A DNA stretch of 50,571 nt from Sedimentisphaerales bacterium (GCA_049284355.1 JBAPXT010000317.1:1-50571); one strand, 5' to 3'; positions 1 to 9,211 are shown, counted from the first letter of the stretch. The notes: generated from the letters alone by a model not told the origin. Translations and numbers: made by a program.

Positions 1-2590
1 GGCTTGTTCCACCTTTGAATCCTATTGTCCCTTGAAAGGTCGAGGTCGAATAATAGATGGTGATTCTTCCTCCGCCTCCGCCGCCATAACTTCCATATCC
101 GCCATTAGCGCTAATCAAACCTGAACCGCTAAGCTGCTCGGCGGTTATATAGACACTGCCTCCGCTGCCTCCGCCACCCTTATTACCTGAAGGCGCTATC
201 CCACCATCTGCTCCATTAGCGTTAATCTTGCCATTAACTATTAGATTATAGACATTCAGCCGGATTGCTCCTCCGCCTTTTCCGCCTGTGCTATATCCGC
301 CTCCACTACCCAAATCTACGGGAGCTATAGCTGAACCGTAGGTGGAACCGCCTGTACCATTATGCGGGCCGCCTTTGCCTCCATAGCCGCCGCCGGCACC
401 ATGGACTCCGTTTAAGCCGCCTGCCCCGGGACCTCCCTGGGCGGGATAGCCGGTACCATTTGCAGAGATGGAGCAGCATGGGTCAACAGTAATATTGTCC
501 GCATTAAGGGTGACCGCACCATTGAAAGTCAGATTTGAATTATCGGTTATCAAAATATCTTCATAGGCGTAAATCCCCGGCCCCCAGATAAGGGTAGAAC
601 CCTTCGTCAGAGTTATATCCTCAGAAGGTAGTGTGAGGTTTTGCGGTCCCGCAGTGGCTATGGAAGAATTCTCGACGTTGATTGTGCCGGTGACAGTAAG
701 TTTACTGTTGCCTGTAATGACCACTCCGGAATTGCCACTGGCGGTCAGGTCAACTACTGTTACTGCGGTCGGTTCACCACTTATAGTAAGCGTAGAGTTG
801 TTGTCAACAGCCAGTTCATTAGCTGTCAAGGTAACAGACCCTTCTACGGACGCCTTTGAGTTGTTCAGGATAACCTTATTGTAAGATAAGGGACTGTCGT
901 GTTCCACGAATCTGAAGGAAGGGCCTGAGTAAAATACATTGTTTAAGGTATCAACGAAGCAAACTGTCCCATCCTCCCCGGTATCGGTTGCCATGAGACC
1001 TGTTCCTCCTTTAGATGCTGTTGTCCTTTGGAAAGTAGAGGTCGAATAATAGATGGCGATTCTTCCTCCGCCTCCGCCGCCATAAGGTCCATATCCGCCA
1101 TTAGCGCTAATCAAGCCGGAACCGCTAAGTTGCCCGGCGGTTATGTAGACACTGCCGCCGCTGCCTCCGCCGCCCTTATTACCGGAAGGGGCTGTTCCCC
1201 CATCTGCTCCATTGGCATTAATGTTGCCATTAACCAACAGATTGCCGACAATTAGCCGAATTGCACCTCCGCCTTTTCCGCCTGTACTATATCCGCCCCC
1301 ACTGCCCAAATCGACAGGGGCTATAGCCGAACCGTAGGTGGGACCACCTGTATTATTGTGTGAACCGCCTTTGCCTCCGTAACCGCCGCCAGCACCATGC
1401 ACTCCCGTTAAGCCGCCTGCACCTGGACCTCCCTGGGCGGGATAGCCGGTACCCTTGGCAGAGATGGAGCTGCCTTGGTCAATCGTAACACTTGGGGCTT
1501 CGAGGGTGACCGCACCGTTGAAGACCAGGTTGGAATTGCCTGTTACGGAAACATTATCATAAGAGTAAAGCCCCGGTCCCCAGATGAGAGTAGATTGCCC
1601 CGTTATCGTTATGTTTGGAGATGAAAGGACAAGACTCTGAGGCCCTGCAGTTGTTATAGAAGAGTTCGCGATGTTGACCGTGTCGGTCACAACGAGTCTG
1701 CAATTGCCGCTCAAAGTTAGGTCGGAGCCGCCGGTTATGTTTAGATTACCTACTGTAGCAATAGTGGCATCACCACTTAAAATTAAACTGGAACTGTTTC
1801 CTATTATCAAATTGTCGGCGCTCAAACTTATATTGCCGTTGGTAGTTACTGTTGAGTTATTATCTAAGGTAATTCCATTGAAATCGAATGGACTGTCGGA
1901 TGCCTCGAATCTGAAGAGTGGGCCTGGGCGGAAGACGTTGTTTAATGTATCAATGAAGCAAATTGTCCCATCCTGCCCGTAATTAGCTGCCGTTAGACTT
2001 GTTCCTTTTTTGGATTCTACTGTCCCTTGAAAGGTCGAGGTCGAATAGTAAATGGCGATTCTCCCTCCGCCTCCGCCACCATACATTCCATATCCGCCGT
2101 TAGCGATGATTAAACCCGAACCGCTGAACTGCCCAGCGGTTATATAGATACTGCCCCCGCTGCCGCCGCCGCCCTTTTTACCGGAAGCGTCTGTCGTCCC
2201 ATCCGCTCCATTGGCGATAATCTTGCCATTAACCACCAGATTATTGATATTTAGCCTGATTGAACCCCCGCCTTTTCCGCCTGTATTATATCCGCCTCCA
2301 CTACCCAAATCTGCAGGAGCTTTAGCTGAACCATAGATGGCGCCGCCTGTACCAGTCAATGGGCCACCTTTGCCTCCGTAACCGCCCCCGGCACCATGTA
2401 CTCCGTTTAAGCCGCCTGCCCCGGGACCTCCTTGGGCTGGATAGCCGGTACCATTGGCAGAAATGAAAGAACCTGAAGCGAGAGTAAGGTTTTGAGCGTT
2501 TAGAATAACTGCTCCGTTGAAGATAAGGGTTGCTCCGTTAGTTACCTGGACGCTGTTGTAATCGTATGTCCCCGCTGCCCAGGTGGTATT
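1..2590. repeat. Tandem in-frame repeat array with a 996-999 bp period, about 2.6 units visible; it continues beyond the window
   Basis: The landmark GATAGCCGGTACC occurs at 445, 1441 and 2440, giving periods of 996 and 999 bp. The block CCCTTGAAAGGTCGAGGTCGAATA recurs near 30, 1025 and 2024. The Gly-rich half of each unit is nearly identical at DNA level; the N/S/T-rich half is more diverged. Confidence 0.85.
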
Positions 2591-2692
2591 CTGGTTGATA
2601 ACAATATCCTCAGCGAAAGCTCCTGCTGCAAAGACAACACTGAAAACAAAAAAAGCTGTTAATATTATGATTTTCTTGTCCGACATGTTCAT
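1..2692 (-). CDS. Secreted glycine-rich beta-helix-type repeat protein; partial, the 3' end runs off the left edge
   Basis: Absent from the supplied ORF track because there is no stop codon inside the window. My minus-strand reading gives ATG at 2692-2690, preceded by GGGAGA. The N-terminus MNMSDKKIIILTAFFVFSVVFAAGAFAED looks like a signal peptide. The frame stays open to position 1 (about 897 codons). A roughly 333-aa unit occurs three times, containing GTGYPAQGGPGAGGLNGVHGAGGGYGGKGG ... GGGGSGGSVYITA ... YGGGGGGRIAIYYSTSTFQ. Confidence 0.8.
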   Translation of the reverse strand, partial: MNMSDKKIIILTAFFVFSVVFAAGAFAEDIVINQNTTWAAGTYDYNSVQVTNGATLIFNGAVILNAQNLTLASGSFISANGTGYPAQGGPGAGGLNGVHGAGGGYGGKGGPLTGTGGAIYGSAKAPADLGSGGGYNTGGKGGGSIRLNINNLVVNGKIIANGADGTTDASGKKGGGGSGGSIYITAGQFSGSGLIIANGGYGMYGGGGGGRIAIYYSTSTFQGTVESKKGTSLTAANYGQDGTICFIDTLNNVFRPGPLFRFEASDSPFDFNGITLDNNSTVTTNGNISLSADNLIIGNSSSLILSGDATIATVGNLNITGGSDLTLSGNCRLVVTDTVNIANSSITTAGPQSLVLSSPNITITGQSTLIWGPGLYSYDNVSVTGNSNLVFNGAVTLEAPSVTIDQGSSISAKGTGYPAQGGPGAGGLTGVHGAGGGYGGKGGSHNNTGGPTYGSAIAPVDLGSGGGYSTGGKGGGAIRLIVGNLLVNGNINANGADGGTAPSGNKGGGGSGGSVYITAGQLSGSGLISANGGYGPYGGGGGGRIAIYYSTSTFQRTTASKGGTGLMATDTGEDGTVCFVDTLNNVFYSGPSFRFVEHDSPLSYNKVILNNSKASVEGSVTLTANELAVDNNSTLTISGEPTAVTVVDLTASGNSGVVITGNSKLTVTGTINVENSSIATAGPQNLTLPSEDITLTKGSTLIWGPGIYAYEDILITDNSNLTFNGAVTLNADNITVDPCCSISANGTGYPAQGGPGAGGLNGVHGAGGGYGGKGGPHNGTGGSTYGSAIAPVDLGSGGGYSTGGKGGGAIRLNVYNLIVNGKINANGADGGIAPSGNKGGGGSGGSVYITAEQLSGSGLISANGGYGSYGGGGGGRITIYYSTSTFQGTIGFKGGTS

Positions 2693-3213
2693 AATTTTTC
2701 TCCCGTAACACATAGTGTTGATTTTAAACGTCCCTGACGCACAATAACGTTCAATCCCTTAATCGCTAACCGCTCGGCCAGCGCATAATTACATACCAAA
2801 CTCAAATAGCTGAAATATAATGGCAAAAAGCCCTGTACCTCCGTATGTTTTCCGTCAAAGGTAATACTTGCCTACTGATAAGTCAATATGGCTTTTGAAA
2901 CTAACCGTACGCTTTTTGCTTGCTTCCGTGCTGATGGCAGTTTCCTTATCTGAGACAGACGCAACACTTCCATCCCGAGGGCGAAGCTGATAGGCCAAAT
3001 GTGGACAATAAAATATTGTTTTATGGATTATACCGCGACCATATCCGTGTCTTGAGGTTCTTTGAAAACTTTATAGTCAGTTTAATCCTTCTCAAGAATA
3101 TCAAGCCCCCCATACAGAGGCCTTTATTGCCCCGAGAGTGTTTGCTGACCATCTGACGCTTTGCAGGATAAGAAAACCGGCCGCAGGTGTCAAATGGCGC
3201 AGCTGGGTGGATT

Positions 3214-4341
3214 TCATCGAAACGCTGTACTCAACAACCCTGCTAATGCCCCGCCCATTATCAGCCATGTCGAATTGATTTTGAACCGTACCAGCAGCAC
3301 AAAACAGACAAGAGCAATCAGAACAGTAAAGAGGTCGGTCAGCGAAGCCCGGCCTAATTGCCAGCTCACAGCAGCCATCAAGCTGAGTGAAGCTGCGTTG
3401 GCACCGTCCAACAAGCCGCTGAACCATGTAGAGCTGCGCATCCGGGGAATCAACGGATAGGAAATTGCAACAAGGACAAAGGAAGGCAGAAAGATGGCGA
3501 GAGTTGCCAGAAGCGCACCCGGTAAACCGGCGAGTATAAAGCCAATAAATGTAGCCGTTGTAAATAACGGACCGGGTGTTATCTGTCCGATAGCGACGGC
3601 ATCAACTAATTGCTGGTCGGTCAGCCAGCCATAACGCACAACAAAATCGGCATGGAGGAAAGCAAGCAGAACGTACCCACTTCCATATAACACGGCACCG
3701 ATCTTAAGAAAAATGAGAAACAGCAGCGGCAAAGTAAAAGGAGCAGAAGCCTGCGCCAATACACCGACTCCGCCGAGCGGGATAAGAAATATTCCCAAAG
3801 CCTGCTTTCGCAACCTGTGAATATTCATGATTAGCATTACTGCTAGACCGCCGCCAAAGAGCAGAGCGATTTCGTTGGCACCCATAAAGTAGAAGACAAG
3901 AACGATCAGGGCGGCGGCTACGGTAAGCATGCCTTTAACAGCCTTTCGGCATAAGTTCAAAAGCGCCTGCGCGATGATTGCGATCACTACCGGCTTTACC
4001 CCATACAGCAGCCATTGGGCCTGAGGTATGGCGCCATACCTTACATATAACCATGCCAGCAAAAGCACGATAAGCATGGCAGGCACTATGAAACACAGCC
4101 CGCCGACAATCAGCCCAAGCCATCCGGCCCGCAGAAAGCCGATATAGATCGCCATCTCTGTGGAGGTTGGGCCTGGAATAAGATTCGCAGCTCCGACTAA
4201 ATCGAGGAATTCCTGATTATTGAGCCATTTGCGTTTTTTCACTGTTTCATCGTGCATGATGCTGATATGCGCAGCGGGTCCGCCGAAGGCTATAGTGCCC
4301 AGCTTAAGAAACAATGCGGCTACTTCGGTCAGTTTCTGCAT
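3214..4341 (-). CDS. chrA: Chromate ion transporter, CHR family (two fused CHR halves)
   Basis: 375-aa polytopic membrane ORF. LKLGTIAFGGPAAHISIMHDE..KKRKWL in the N-terminal half and IGQITPGPLFTTATFIGF in the second half match the CHR family signature as I recall it. Confidence 0.88.
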   Translation of the reverse strand: MQKLTEVAALFLKLGTIAFGGPAAHISIMHDETVKKRKWLNNQEFLDLVGAANLIPGPTSTEMAIYIGFLRAGWLGLIVGGLCFIVPAMLIVLLLAWLYVRYGAIPQAQWLLYGVKPVVIAIIAQALLNLCRKAVKGMLTVAAALIVLVFYFMGANEIALLFGGGLAVMLIMNIHRLRKQALGIFLIPLGGVGVLAQASAPFTLPLLFLIFLKIGAVLYGSGYVLLAFLHADFVVRYGWLTDQQLVDAVAIGQITPGPLFTTATFIGFILAGLPGALLATLAIFLPSFVLVAISYPLIPRMRSSTWFSGLLDGANAASLSLMAAVSWQLGRASLTDLFTVLIALVCFVLLVRFKINSTWLIMGGALAGLLSTAFR

Positions 4342-4440
4342 GATAGCGATATCTTATATAGCTATCGGCGGAGCAGTAAATTGCGCCAAATCAGCCAGAC
4401 CAAGTTCACTCTCTATGTCGCTGATTTGCCGCACAGTGCT

Positions 4441-5079
4441 TTAAAATCCATCCTCGCCGAATTGCTGATGCTCGATTTCCTCAAACTTTTCGCTCATTTC
4501 GTCAAGCTGTTGTGCTGTCAGGGTCTGTTTCCATGCGGGGAAAACAATTGTATCCTCTCTTGCCGCGTGCGGCCGGTACATACGCACAAGGGATTCCATT
4601 GCTCTTGCCAGCGGCTCGGCGTTGCCGACAGCTAATTTCGCTTCTTTTGTCACCGTGAGAATGTAATCGGTTATCTCCTGGCCTCGCTGGTGTTGCGCGA
4701 TTAGGATATCGGGTAAGCCAACTGTCTGGCTGCCTGCTTTTTTGACCGCTGGGAAGATGTACGTCTCTTCCAGTTTCTTCTCGTGATAGTCTTCTCCGAA
4801 TACGCGAAAAAGCTTGGCGGTTTTTTGAAGTGCATCGGGCGCAACGTCCGATGGATTGCTTCGCAACTTCGTAGCTGCTTCACTGTACACGAACAATGCC
4901 CGGCGCAAAACTCCATGCTCACGCATCAAATCTTCAGTCGCCGTAACTTCGCCGCCCATCGCCTCTTCATCTAGTCGCGGCGCTCGTGTTAGCCTGTTTG
5001 CACCGGAACAGCCGCTTAGAACTATTCCTGTGCCCATACTGCCGATACCGGCGAGCAAATTCCTTCTATTCATTTTCAT
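4441..5079 (-). CDS. Hemerythrin (HHE cation-binding) domain protein with Tat signal and lipobox
   Basis: The N-terminus MKMNRRNLLAGIGSMGTGIVLSGCSG has a twin-arginine motif and an LSGC lipobox. H/E-rich helices are present (EDLMREHGVLRR, GEDYHEKKLEE, AQHQRGQE, RPHAAREDTIVFP). The start lies 2 nt after the stop of the upstream DUF488 gene. Confidence 0.75.
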   Translation of the reverse strand: MKMNRRNLLAGIGSMGTGIVLSGCSGANRLTRAPRLDEEAMGGEVTATEDLMREHGVLRRALFVYSEAATKLRSNPSDVAPDALQKTAKLFRVFGEDYHEKKLEETYIFPAVKKAGSQTVGLPDILIAQHQRGQEITDYILTVTKEAKLAVGNAEPLARAMESLVRMYRPHAAREDTIVFPAWKQTLTAQQLDEMSEKFEEIEHQQFGEDGF

Positions 5080-5081
5080 AA

Positions 5082-5438
5082 TTACCCCCTTATAGGAAAG
5101 TTTCCAGTTATAAGCTCCTCAAGCAAGGCTCTATGACAATATTTGCCGTCACGACAGCTGCACAGTAGGGTAATGGTTTCTTTTTTGGCTTTGAGGGCAA
5201 GTTCGTCTATCTTGTCTTTATGTTGGGTTGCAAACTTGCGATATTGTTTAGAGAATTCCGCCCAGCTTATAGAACCGCTTTTCCACTTTTTAATCAAGTC
5301 AGGTGGTGTGCCGAGGTCTTTTACCCAGATATCGATTTTGTCCTTTGAGATACCTCTTGGCCAAAGCCGCATCACCAGAACCCGGTAACCATCATTTTTG
5401 CTCTTGGGCTCGTATATGCATTTTGTCTTTACAGGCAT
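5082..5438 (-). CDS. yeaO: DUF488 family protein (YeaO-like)
   Basis: 118 aa. DGYRVLVMRLWPRGISKDKIDIWVKDLGTPPDL ... TLLCSCRD resembles E. coli YeaO (DGYRILVDRLWPRGIKK...) as I recall it. Confidence 0.75.
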   Translation of the reverse strand: MPVKTKCIYEPKSKNDGYRVLVMRLWPRGISKDKIDIWVKDLGTPPDLIKKWKSGSISWAEFSKQYRKFATQHKDKIDELALKAKKETITLLCSCRDGKYCHRALLEELITGNFPIRG

Positions 5439-5550
5439 TTAAAATCACGCCTCATTAACTGCACAGCATGCTATTGACGAGGGTCGAAAGTGTTCACGAT
5501 AAAATCAAACGCCAGCTCAACATCAAAAAAGACCAAACAACGAACAAAAT

Positions 5551-5796
5551 TCAGCCCTGAGCCGGTTTGGCACAGTAATACATGCCCGATAGCCCGTTGT
5601 TAATCCAGATAGGGCACTCAGGACAGTTGCATCCTTTTTTTTCTACCGCATGTTTACTCTGACCTCTGATGCAATACAGTCTTTCCTGTGATTTCTTCGG
5701 ATAGCTCGGACAGGTTGAGCAGTTGTTCTGCATACAAATTTCGAAGTTTTCCCCGGTATCTTCAACTTTTGCCATTTCTTTTAGCTTCCTTTCCAT
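5551..5796 (-). CDS. Cysteine-rich small protein, DUF2769-like
   Basis: 81 aa with the pattern C..NNCSTCPSY ... LYC.RG.S ... KGCNCPECPIW ... YYC, typical of DUF2769 as I recall it. Confidence 0.65.
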   Translation of the reverse strand: MERKLKEMAKVEDTGENFEICMQNNCSTCPSYPKKSQERLYCIRGQSKHAVEKKGCNCPECPIWINNGLSGMYYCAKPAQG

Positions 5797-5984
5797 AATT
5801 GTGTCACTTCAGTTTTAGTTGATGGGCAGGCATTCTTTATTTATTTCTTCAAAACACAAACGGCCTCGGACTGTGTCAGCCAAATAGCCATACCTTCAGA
5901 AACAATGAGCCGGTCAGATGCCTTTCTAAATTATTAAAAATTGGGCACAGTTTTATCTTTATTTATCTGATATAATCGGCTGAC

Positions 5985-6004
5985 AAGAAATAGGCAAATT
6001 CCTT
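5985..6004 (-). promoter_or_regulatory. Copy of the recurrent AAGGAwwTTsCCTATTT upstream motif
   Basis: The minus strand reads AAGGAATTTGCCTATTTCTT, 16/20 identical to the copy at 9357-9332. It lies about 190 nt upstream of the DUF2769 gene start, in the same orientation. Confidence 0.35.
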
Positions 6005-6023
6005 GATCAGACCTGATAATTGC

Positions 6024-8084
6024 TTATTGCTTTGAAATCTTTCCAAGCTCCAATTTAAGGTCCGCGATGCTGGTTATTGGCTGTTTGCAAACATGGTTAT
6101 TGCAAATGTAAGCAGTTGCTTTGCTGTTTACTGCCCTCTGCTGCCGTATATATGGAGCTATTTGTTCTATATCACTGCCTGCTGGACCTGTCTGATGGAA
6201 TAAAAAGACCGAATTTGGTAAAAATGTATTGCGAACCAGTTTCAGCATCTCTTTTGTATCTTCTTGGCAAATATCGCCGGCAATGACTATCTCCTGCACA
6301 GGGCCTATCCAAAAATCGAGCGCACCCAGCATAGCATTTAATGGTATCGGCGACTGGACTAATTGCCCGGAGTAAGCGTCCAGTAACCGCTTTGCCCGCT
6401 CGGTAAAACGTTGCTCCATTGTCAATCGACCGAGTTTCAGCAGAACCAGGGCCGCAGCGGAATTTCCGCTTGGAACCCCGCTATCGTACGCCGATTTGCT
6501 GCGAAGAAACAAGCGCTCCGCATCTTTGCCTGTCGTATAAAAACCGCCGTCTTCATCGTCGAACAGTTCTATCGTTTGTTGGGTTAATTTTTTTGCCTCA
6601 GCGAGCCATCTGGCATCAAAGGTGGCTTGATACAAATCAATCAAACCCATAGCCATAAAGGCGTAGTCATCCAGAAACCCCGGGCCGACAACTTTGCCGC
6701 TGCGATAATACCGCATCAGGCGGCCGTCGCAAATAAGAGCATCCAATATAAAATTGGCACACCTTTCGGCAGCATCGGTGTATTTGTTCTCGTCCAGCAC
6801 AGCTCCACCATAGGCAAGCGAGGAAATCATCAGTCCGTTCCAGCCGGCAATAATTTTGTCGTCTCTGTTGGGTCGGGGCCTTTTCGAACGATGTTCCAGA
6901 AGCGCCAAATGTGCTTCAGATAGTATGCTTTCTATGTTTCTGGGGGTTTCTTCTGAATTTGCAACGTGCAAAATGTTTTTCCCATCTTCAAAATTACCCT
7001 CCTTGGTGACGCCGTAGTATTCATTGAAAATCTCAGCGTTCTTCGGAGCCAAAATCTTTTTTATCCCTTCTTGTTCCCATACATAAAATGCCCCCTCTTT
7101 TCCTTCGCTGTCTGCATCTTCGGCGCTGTAAAATCCGCCTCCGGCATCGGTCATATCGCGCAGTACATAATCGAAAATCTCTCTGGCGATTTTTGCATAA
7201 ACCTCTTTGCTTGTCGCCTGCCAGGCCTGTATATAAACTCTGCTCAACGATGCTTGGTCGTAAAGCATCTTCTCAAAGTGCGTGGTAAGCCATTGTGAGT
7301 CAACGGAATATCGATGAAAACCTCCGCCTAACTGGTCATACATTCCCCCTCTCGCCATTGCTGCAAGGGTCAACTCAACCATCTCCAGAGATTTTTGGTC
7401 TGCTGTTCTATGCCAATAACCAAGCAGCATTGAAAGACTGCCCGGCTGGGGAAATTTCGGTGCTGGGCCGAATCCGCCGTTGACTTCGTCAAAAATGGCT
7501 TTCAGATAAGAATTAGCATTTTTTATCACCTCCAACGAAAGAGCTTCGGATTCATCCTGTTTGCTTAAACTCGCAATCGTTTCGATTATTTCCCCTGCCG
7601 AGTCAGCCAGTTTCGTCCGGTTGTTTTTCCATTCCTGAGCAATTGCCAGAAGGACGCGGTCAAAACCGGGATGGCCGTATAAATCTGTTGGCGGAAAATA
7701 TGTCCCTCCATAAAAAGGCTTTCCCTCCGGCGTCAGAAACACTGATAATGGCCAACCTCCGCTGCCGGTCATCGCCTGGACCGCATTCATATAGACCTCG
7801 TCGATGTCCGGACGCTCTTCTCTGTCTACCTTGATGCTGACAAAATATTCGTTCAGTATTTTTGCAATACGCTTGTCGGAAAAGCTCTCCTTTTCCATAA
7901 CATGGCACCAGTGACAGGCTGAATAACCTATCGAAAGAAAGACAACTTTATCTTCTTTCTTTGCTTTTTCAAAGGCCTCCTCGGACCAGGGATACCAGTC
8001 AACAGGATTATGAGCATGTTGGAGAAGGTAGGGACTGGTTTGATTGATAAGCCGATTCGTGTAATCCGTGGGTTTTGTGGCCAT
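6024..8084 (-). CDS. Thioredoxin-domain protein, YyaL/DUF255 family (N-terminal Trx-like domain plus six-hairpin glycosidase-like domain)
   Basis: 686 aa. [59 protein letters not shown] is the characteristic DUF255 N-terminus. Confidence 0.9.
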   Translation of the reverse strand: MATKPTDYTNRLINQTSPYLLQHAHNPVDWYPWSEEAFEKAKKEDKVVFLSIGYSACHWCHVMEKESFSDKRIAKILNEYFVSIKVDREERPDIDEVYMNAVQAMTGSGGWPLSVFLTPEGKPFYGGTYFPPTDLYGHPGFDRVLLAIAQEWKNNRTKLADSAGEIIETIASLSKQDESEALSLEVIKNANSYLKAIFDEVNGGFGPAPKFPQPGSLSMLLGYWHRTADQKSLEMVELTLAAMARGGMYDQLGGGFHRYSVDSQWLTTHFEKMLYDQASLSRVYIQAWQATSKEVYAKIAREIFDYVLRDMTDAGGGFYSAEDADSEGKEGAFYVWEQEGIKKILAPKNAEIFNEYYGVTKEGNFEDGKNILHVANSEETPRNIESILSEAHLALLEHRSKRPRPNRDDKIIAGWNGLMISSLAYGGAVLDENKYTDAAERCANFILDALICDGRLMRYYRSGKVVGPGFLDDYAFMAMGLIDLYQATFDARWLAEAKKLTQQTIELFDDEDGGFYTTGKDAERLFLRSKSAYDSGVPSGNSAAALVLLKLGRLTMEQRFTERAKRLLDAYSGQLVQSPIPLNAMLGALDFWIGPVQEIVIAGDICQEDTKEMLKLVRNTFLPNSVFLFHQTGPAGSDIEQIAPYIRQQRAVNSKATAYICNNHVCKQPITSIADLKLELGKISKQ

Positions 8085-8098
8085 TATTGTCCCATTCT

Positions 8099-8140
8099 AA
8101 AAAACATAACTGCCCCAAATACTACCTTGTTTTGGGGCAG
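8099..8140 (-). terminator. Rho-independent terminator-like hairpin, 15 nt upstream of the yyaL-like start codon
   Basis: Perfect 10-bp stem CTGCCCCAAA (8110-8119) / TTTGGGGCAG (8131-8140) with an 11-nt loop. On the minus strand it is followed by TTATGTTTTTT. Confidence 0.45.
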
Positions 8141-8361
8141 TTACAGGAGGAGGGTGAATTGCTAAGTCACAGTGAAGATAAGCATAAGAGAAAGCAAATC
8201 GCTCCAGGGCCAATTGTTTCAACGGGGCTGCTCATAATATCTCTAACTTTCATGGCTTATCCCACTTTCTTTTTGAAGGTGGCATAAAATTTCTGTTCAA
8301 CCGGTTTTTTATCAATGTGTTACATAATCCGCAGTTGGTGTTTGAAACTCAATTCAAAGAA

Positions 8362-8550
8362 TTAGTCCTCTATCGAGATGGCCTCTGTCGGGCAGTCTTC
8401 CGCAGCCTCCTTGCGGCTTTGCTCGGCGTAGGACGGCACCTCTTGGACTTTTACCATGGACATTCCCCTTTTGATCTCGAAGACCTCGGGGCACATCTGC
8501 TCACATATACCGGTTCCGTTGCACAGTTCCGGATTTACTTTAACTTTCAT
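8362..8550 (-). CDS. Small 4Fe-4S ferredoxin (single-cluster type)
   Basis: I use the internal ATG at 8550, which has GGAGG 5-6 nt upstream. The product MKVKVNPELCNGTGICEQMCPEVFE...AAEDCPTEAISIED carries a CxxxxxC..C ... CP cluster motif. The longer track ORF starting at 8652 would overlap the upstream CMD gene. Confidence 0.75.
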   Translation of the reverse strand: MKVKVNPELCNGTGICEQMCPEVFEIKRGMSMVKVQEVPSYAEQSRKEAAEDCPTEAISIED

Positions 8551-8615
8551 AATAGGCCTCCTTTTAATTTCTTCCCTTAAATAATCTTTGCGTGACAAAC
8601 CTGTCCGTTCTTCCG

Positions 8616-8918
8616 TTATGCAAGGTATTTCATATAAATATCTTTCTTCCACGTAAGCTGAGTGCCTGCCCCTTCAACCGCGGCAATAAGTAAAACTTCA
8701 GTTATCTCTTCTTTACTTGCTCCGGCGTCAAGGGCTCCCTTTATGTGCTCCTCGGTACAGTGCGGACAGCGAAGTACGCACCACAGCGCCAGCATCAGCA
8801 GCTCTTTGGTCTTTTTGTCCAGCACCCCTTTATTTTTACAGGCCTCGTAAAACGCATGGAGAGGCTTGCCCAGCTCCGGTGACTTTAATACAAACCACGG
8901 TGTCTGAGTACTGCTCAT
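8616..8918 (-). CDS. Carboxymuconolactone decarboxylase (AhpD-like) family protein
   Basis: 100 aa. ELLMLALWCVLRCPHCTEEHIKGALDAGASKEEITEVLLIAA has the CxxC plus helical pattern of the CMD/AhpD family. A GGAGAT SD precedes the ATG. Confidence 0.8.
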   Translation of the reverse strand: MSSTQTPWFVLKSPELGKPLHAFYEACKNKGVLDKKTKELLMLALWCVLRCPHCTEEHIKGALDAGASKEEITEVLLIAAVEGAGTQLTWKKDIYMKYLA

Positions 8919-9001
8919 AATTTATATCTCCAAACTTTAGAAGCTTCCTAACCGCTATATCTGTTGCGTTTAAGCCCTGTTAAAATCCATTGCCAAGTCG
9001 A

Positions 9002-9211
9002 TTAAGCAGACTTGTATAACTGTTCCTTGGCTAAGTTCGCCGAAATAAAGTGCGACACGGCTCTTTTCTCCAGCCACTGCTCTGCGCAATTAACCCTTAC
9101 ACATTTGTACCATATAAATGTAAAACCGTCTTCGTTAACTCTTTCAACCTCCGACATTGGGCCACCGCATTCAGGACAGATATGTTTATTTGCCTTTTCA
9201 AAATATCTCAT
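9002..9211 (-). CDS. Small 4-Cys zinc-ribbon protein (paralog A)
   Basis: 69 aa with CPECG ... KCVRVNC. It shares 19/42 ungapped identities with the ORF at 27578..27781 (hand count). Confidence 0.6.
   Translation of the reverse strand: MRYFEKANKHICPECGGPMSEVERVNEDGFTFIWYKCVRVNCAEQWLEKRAVSHFISANLAKEQLYKSA

Noticed and set aside
633-1982. Plus-strand track ORFs 633..884, 641..859, 1028..1255 and 1671..1982.
   Set aside because: They are low-complexity shadows antisense to the long open minus-strand repeat-protein frame. None has an SD or a recognisable motif.
1-2590. The kb-scale direct repeats as a CRISPR array, IS copies or rRNA-like repeats.
   Set aside because: The period is about 1 kb with no short spacer/repeat alternation. 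The repeats are in frame within one ORF and encode a repeated protein unit. No transposase or terminal inverted repeats are present.
3101-3460. Track ORFs 3101..3427 (-) and 3161..3460 (+) at the chrA 3' end.
   Set aside because: They overlap the well-supported chrA frame, have no family resemblance, and are probably chance ORFs.
8085-8110. Similarity between the yyaL-like leader (TTTTTAGAATGGGACAATAATG, minus strand) and the oxidase leader (TTTTAGAATGAAAGGACAATAATTATG at 28050-28076).
   Set aside because: It amounts to only two short blocks (9 and 10 nt) separated by an indel, in AT-rich SD-proximal sequence. My rough estimate is that this is borderline for chance, so I do not claim a shared element.
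8362-8652. The full 96-aa version of the ferredoxin ORF starting at 8652.
   Set aside because: It would overlap the CMD gene by 37 nt, and its first 34 residues have no ferredoxin character. The internal ATG at 8550 has a GGAGG SD and gives a typical ~62-aa ferredoxin.
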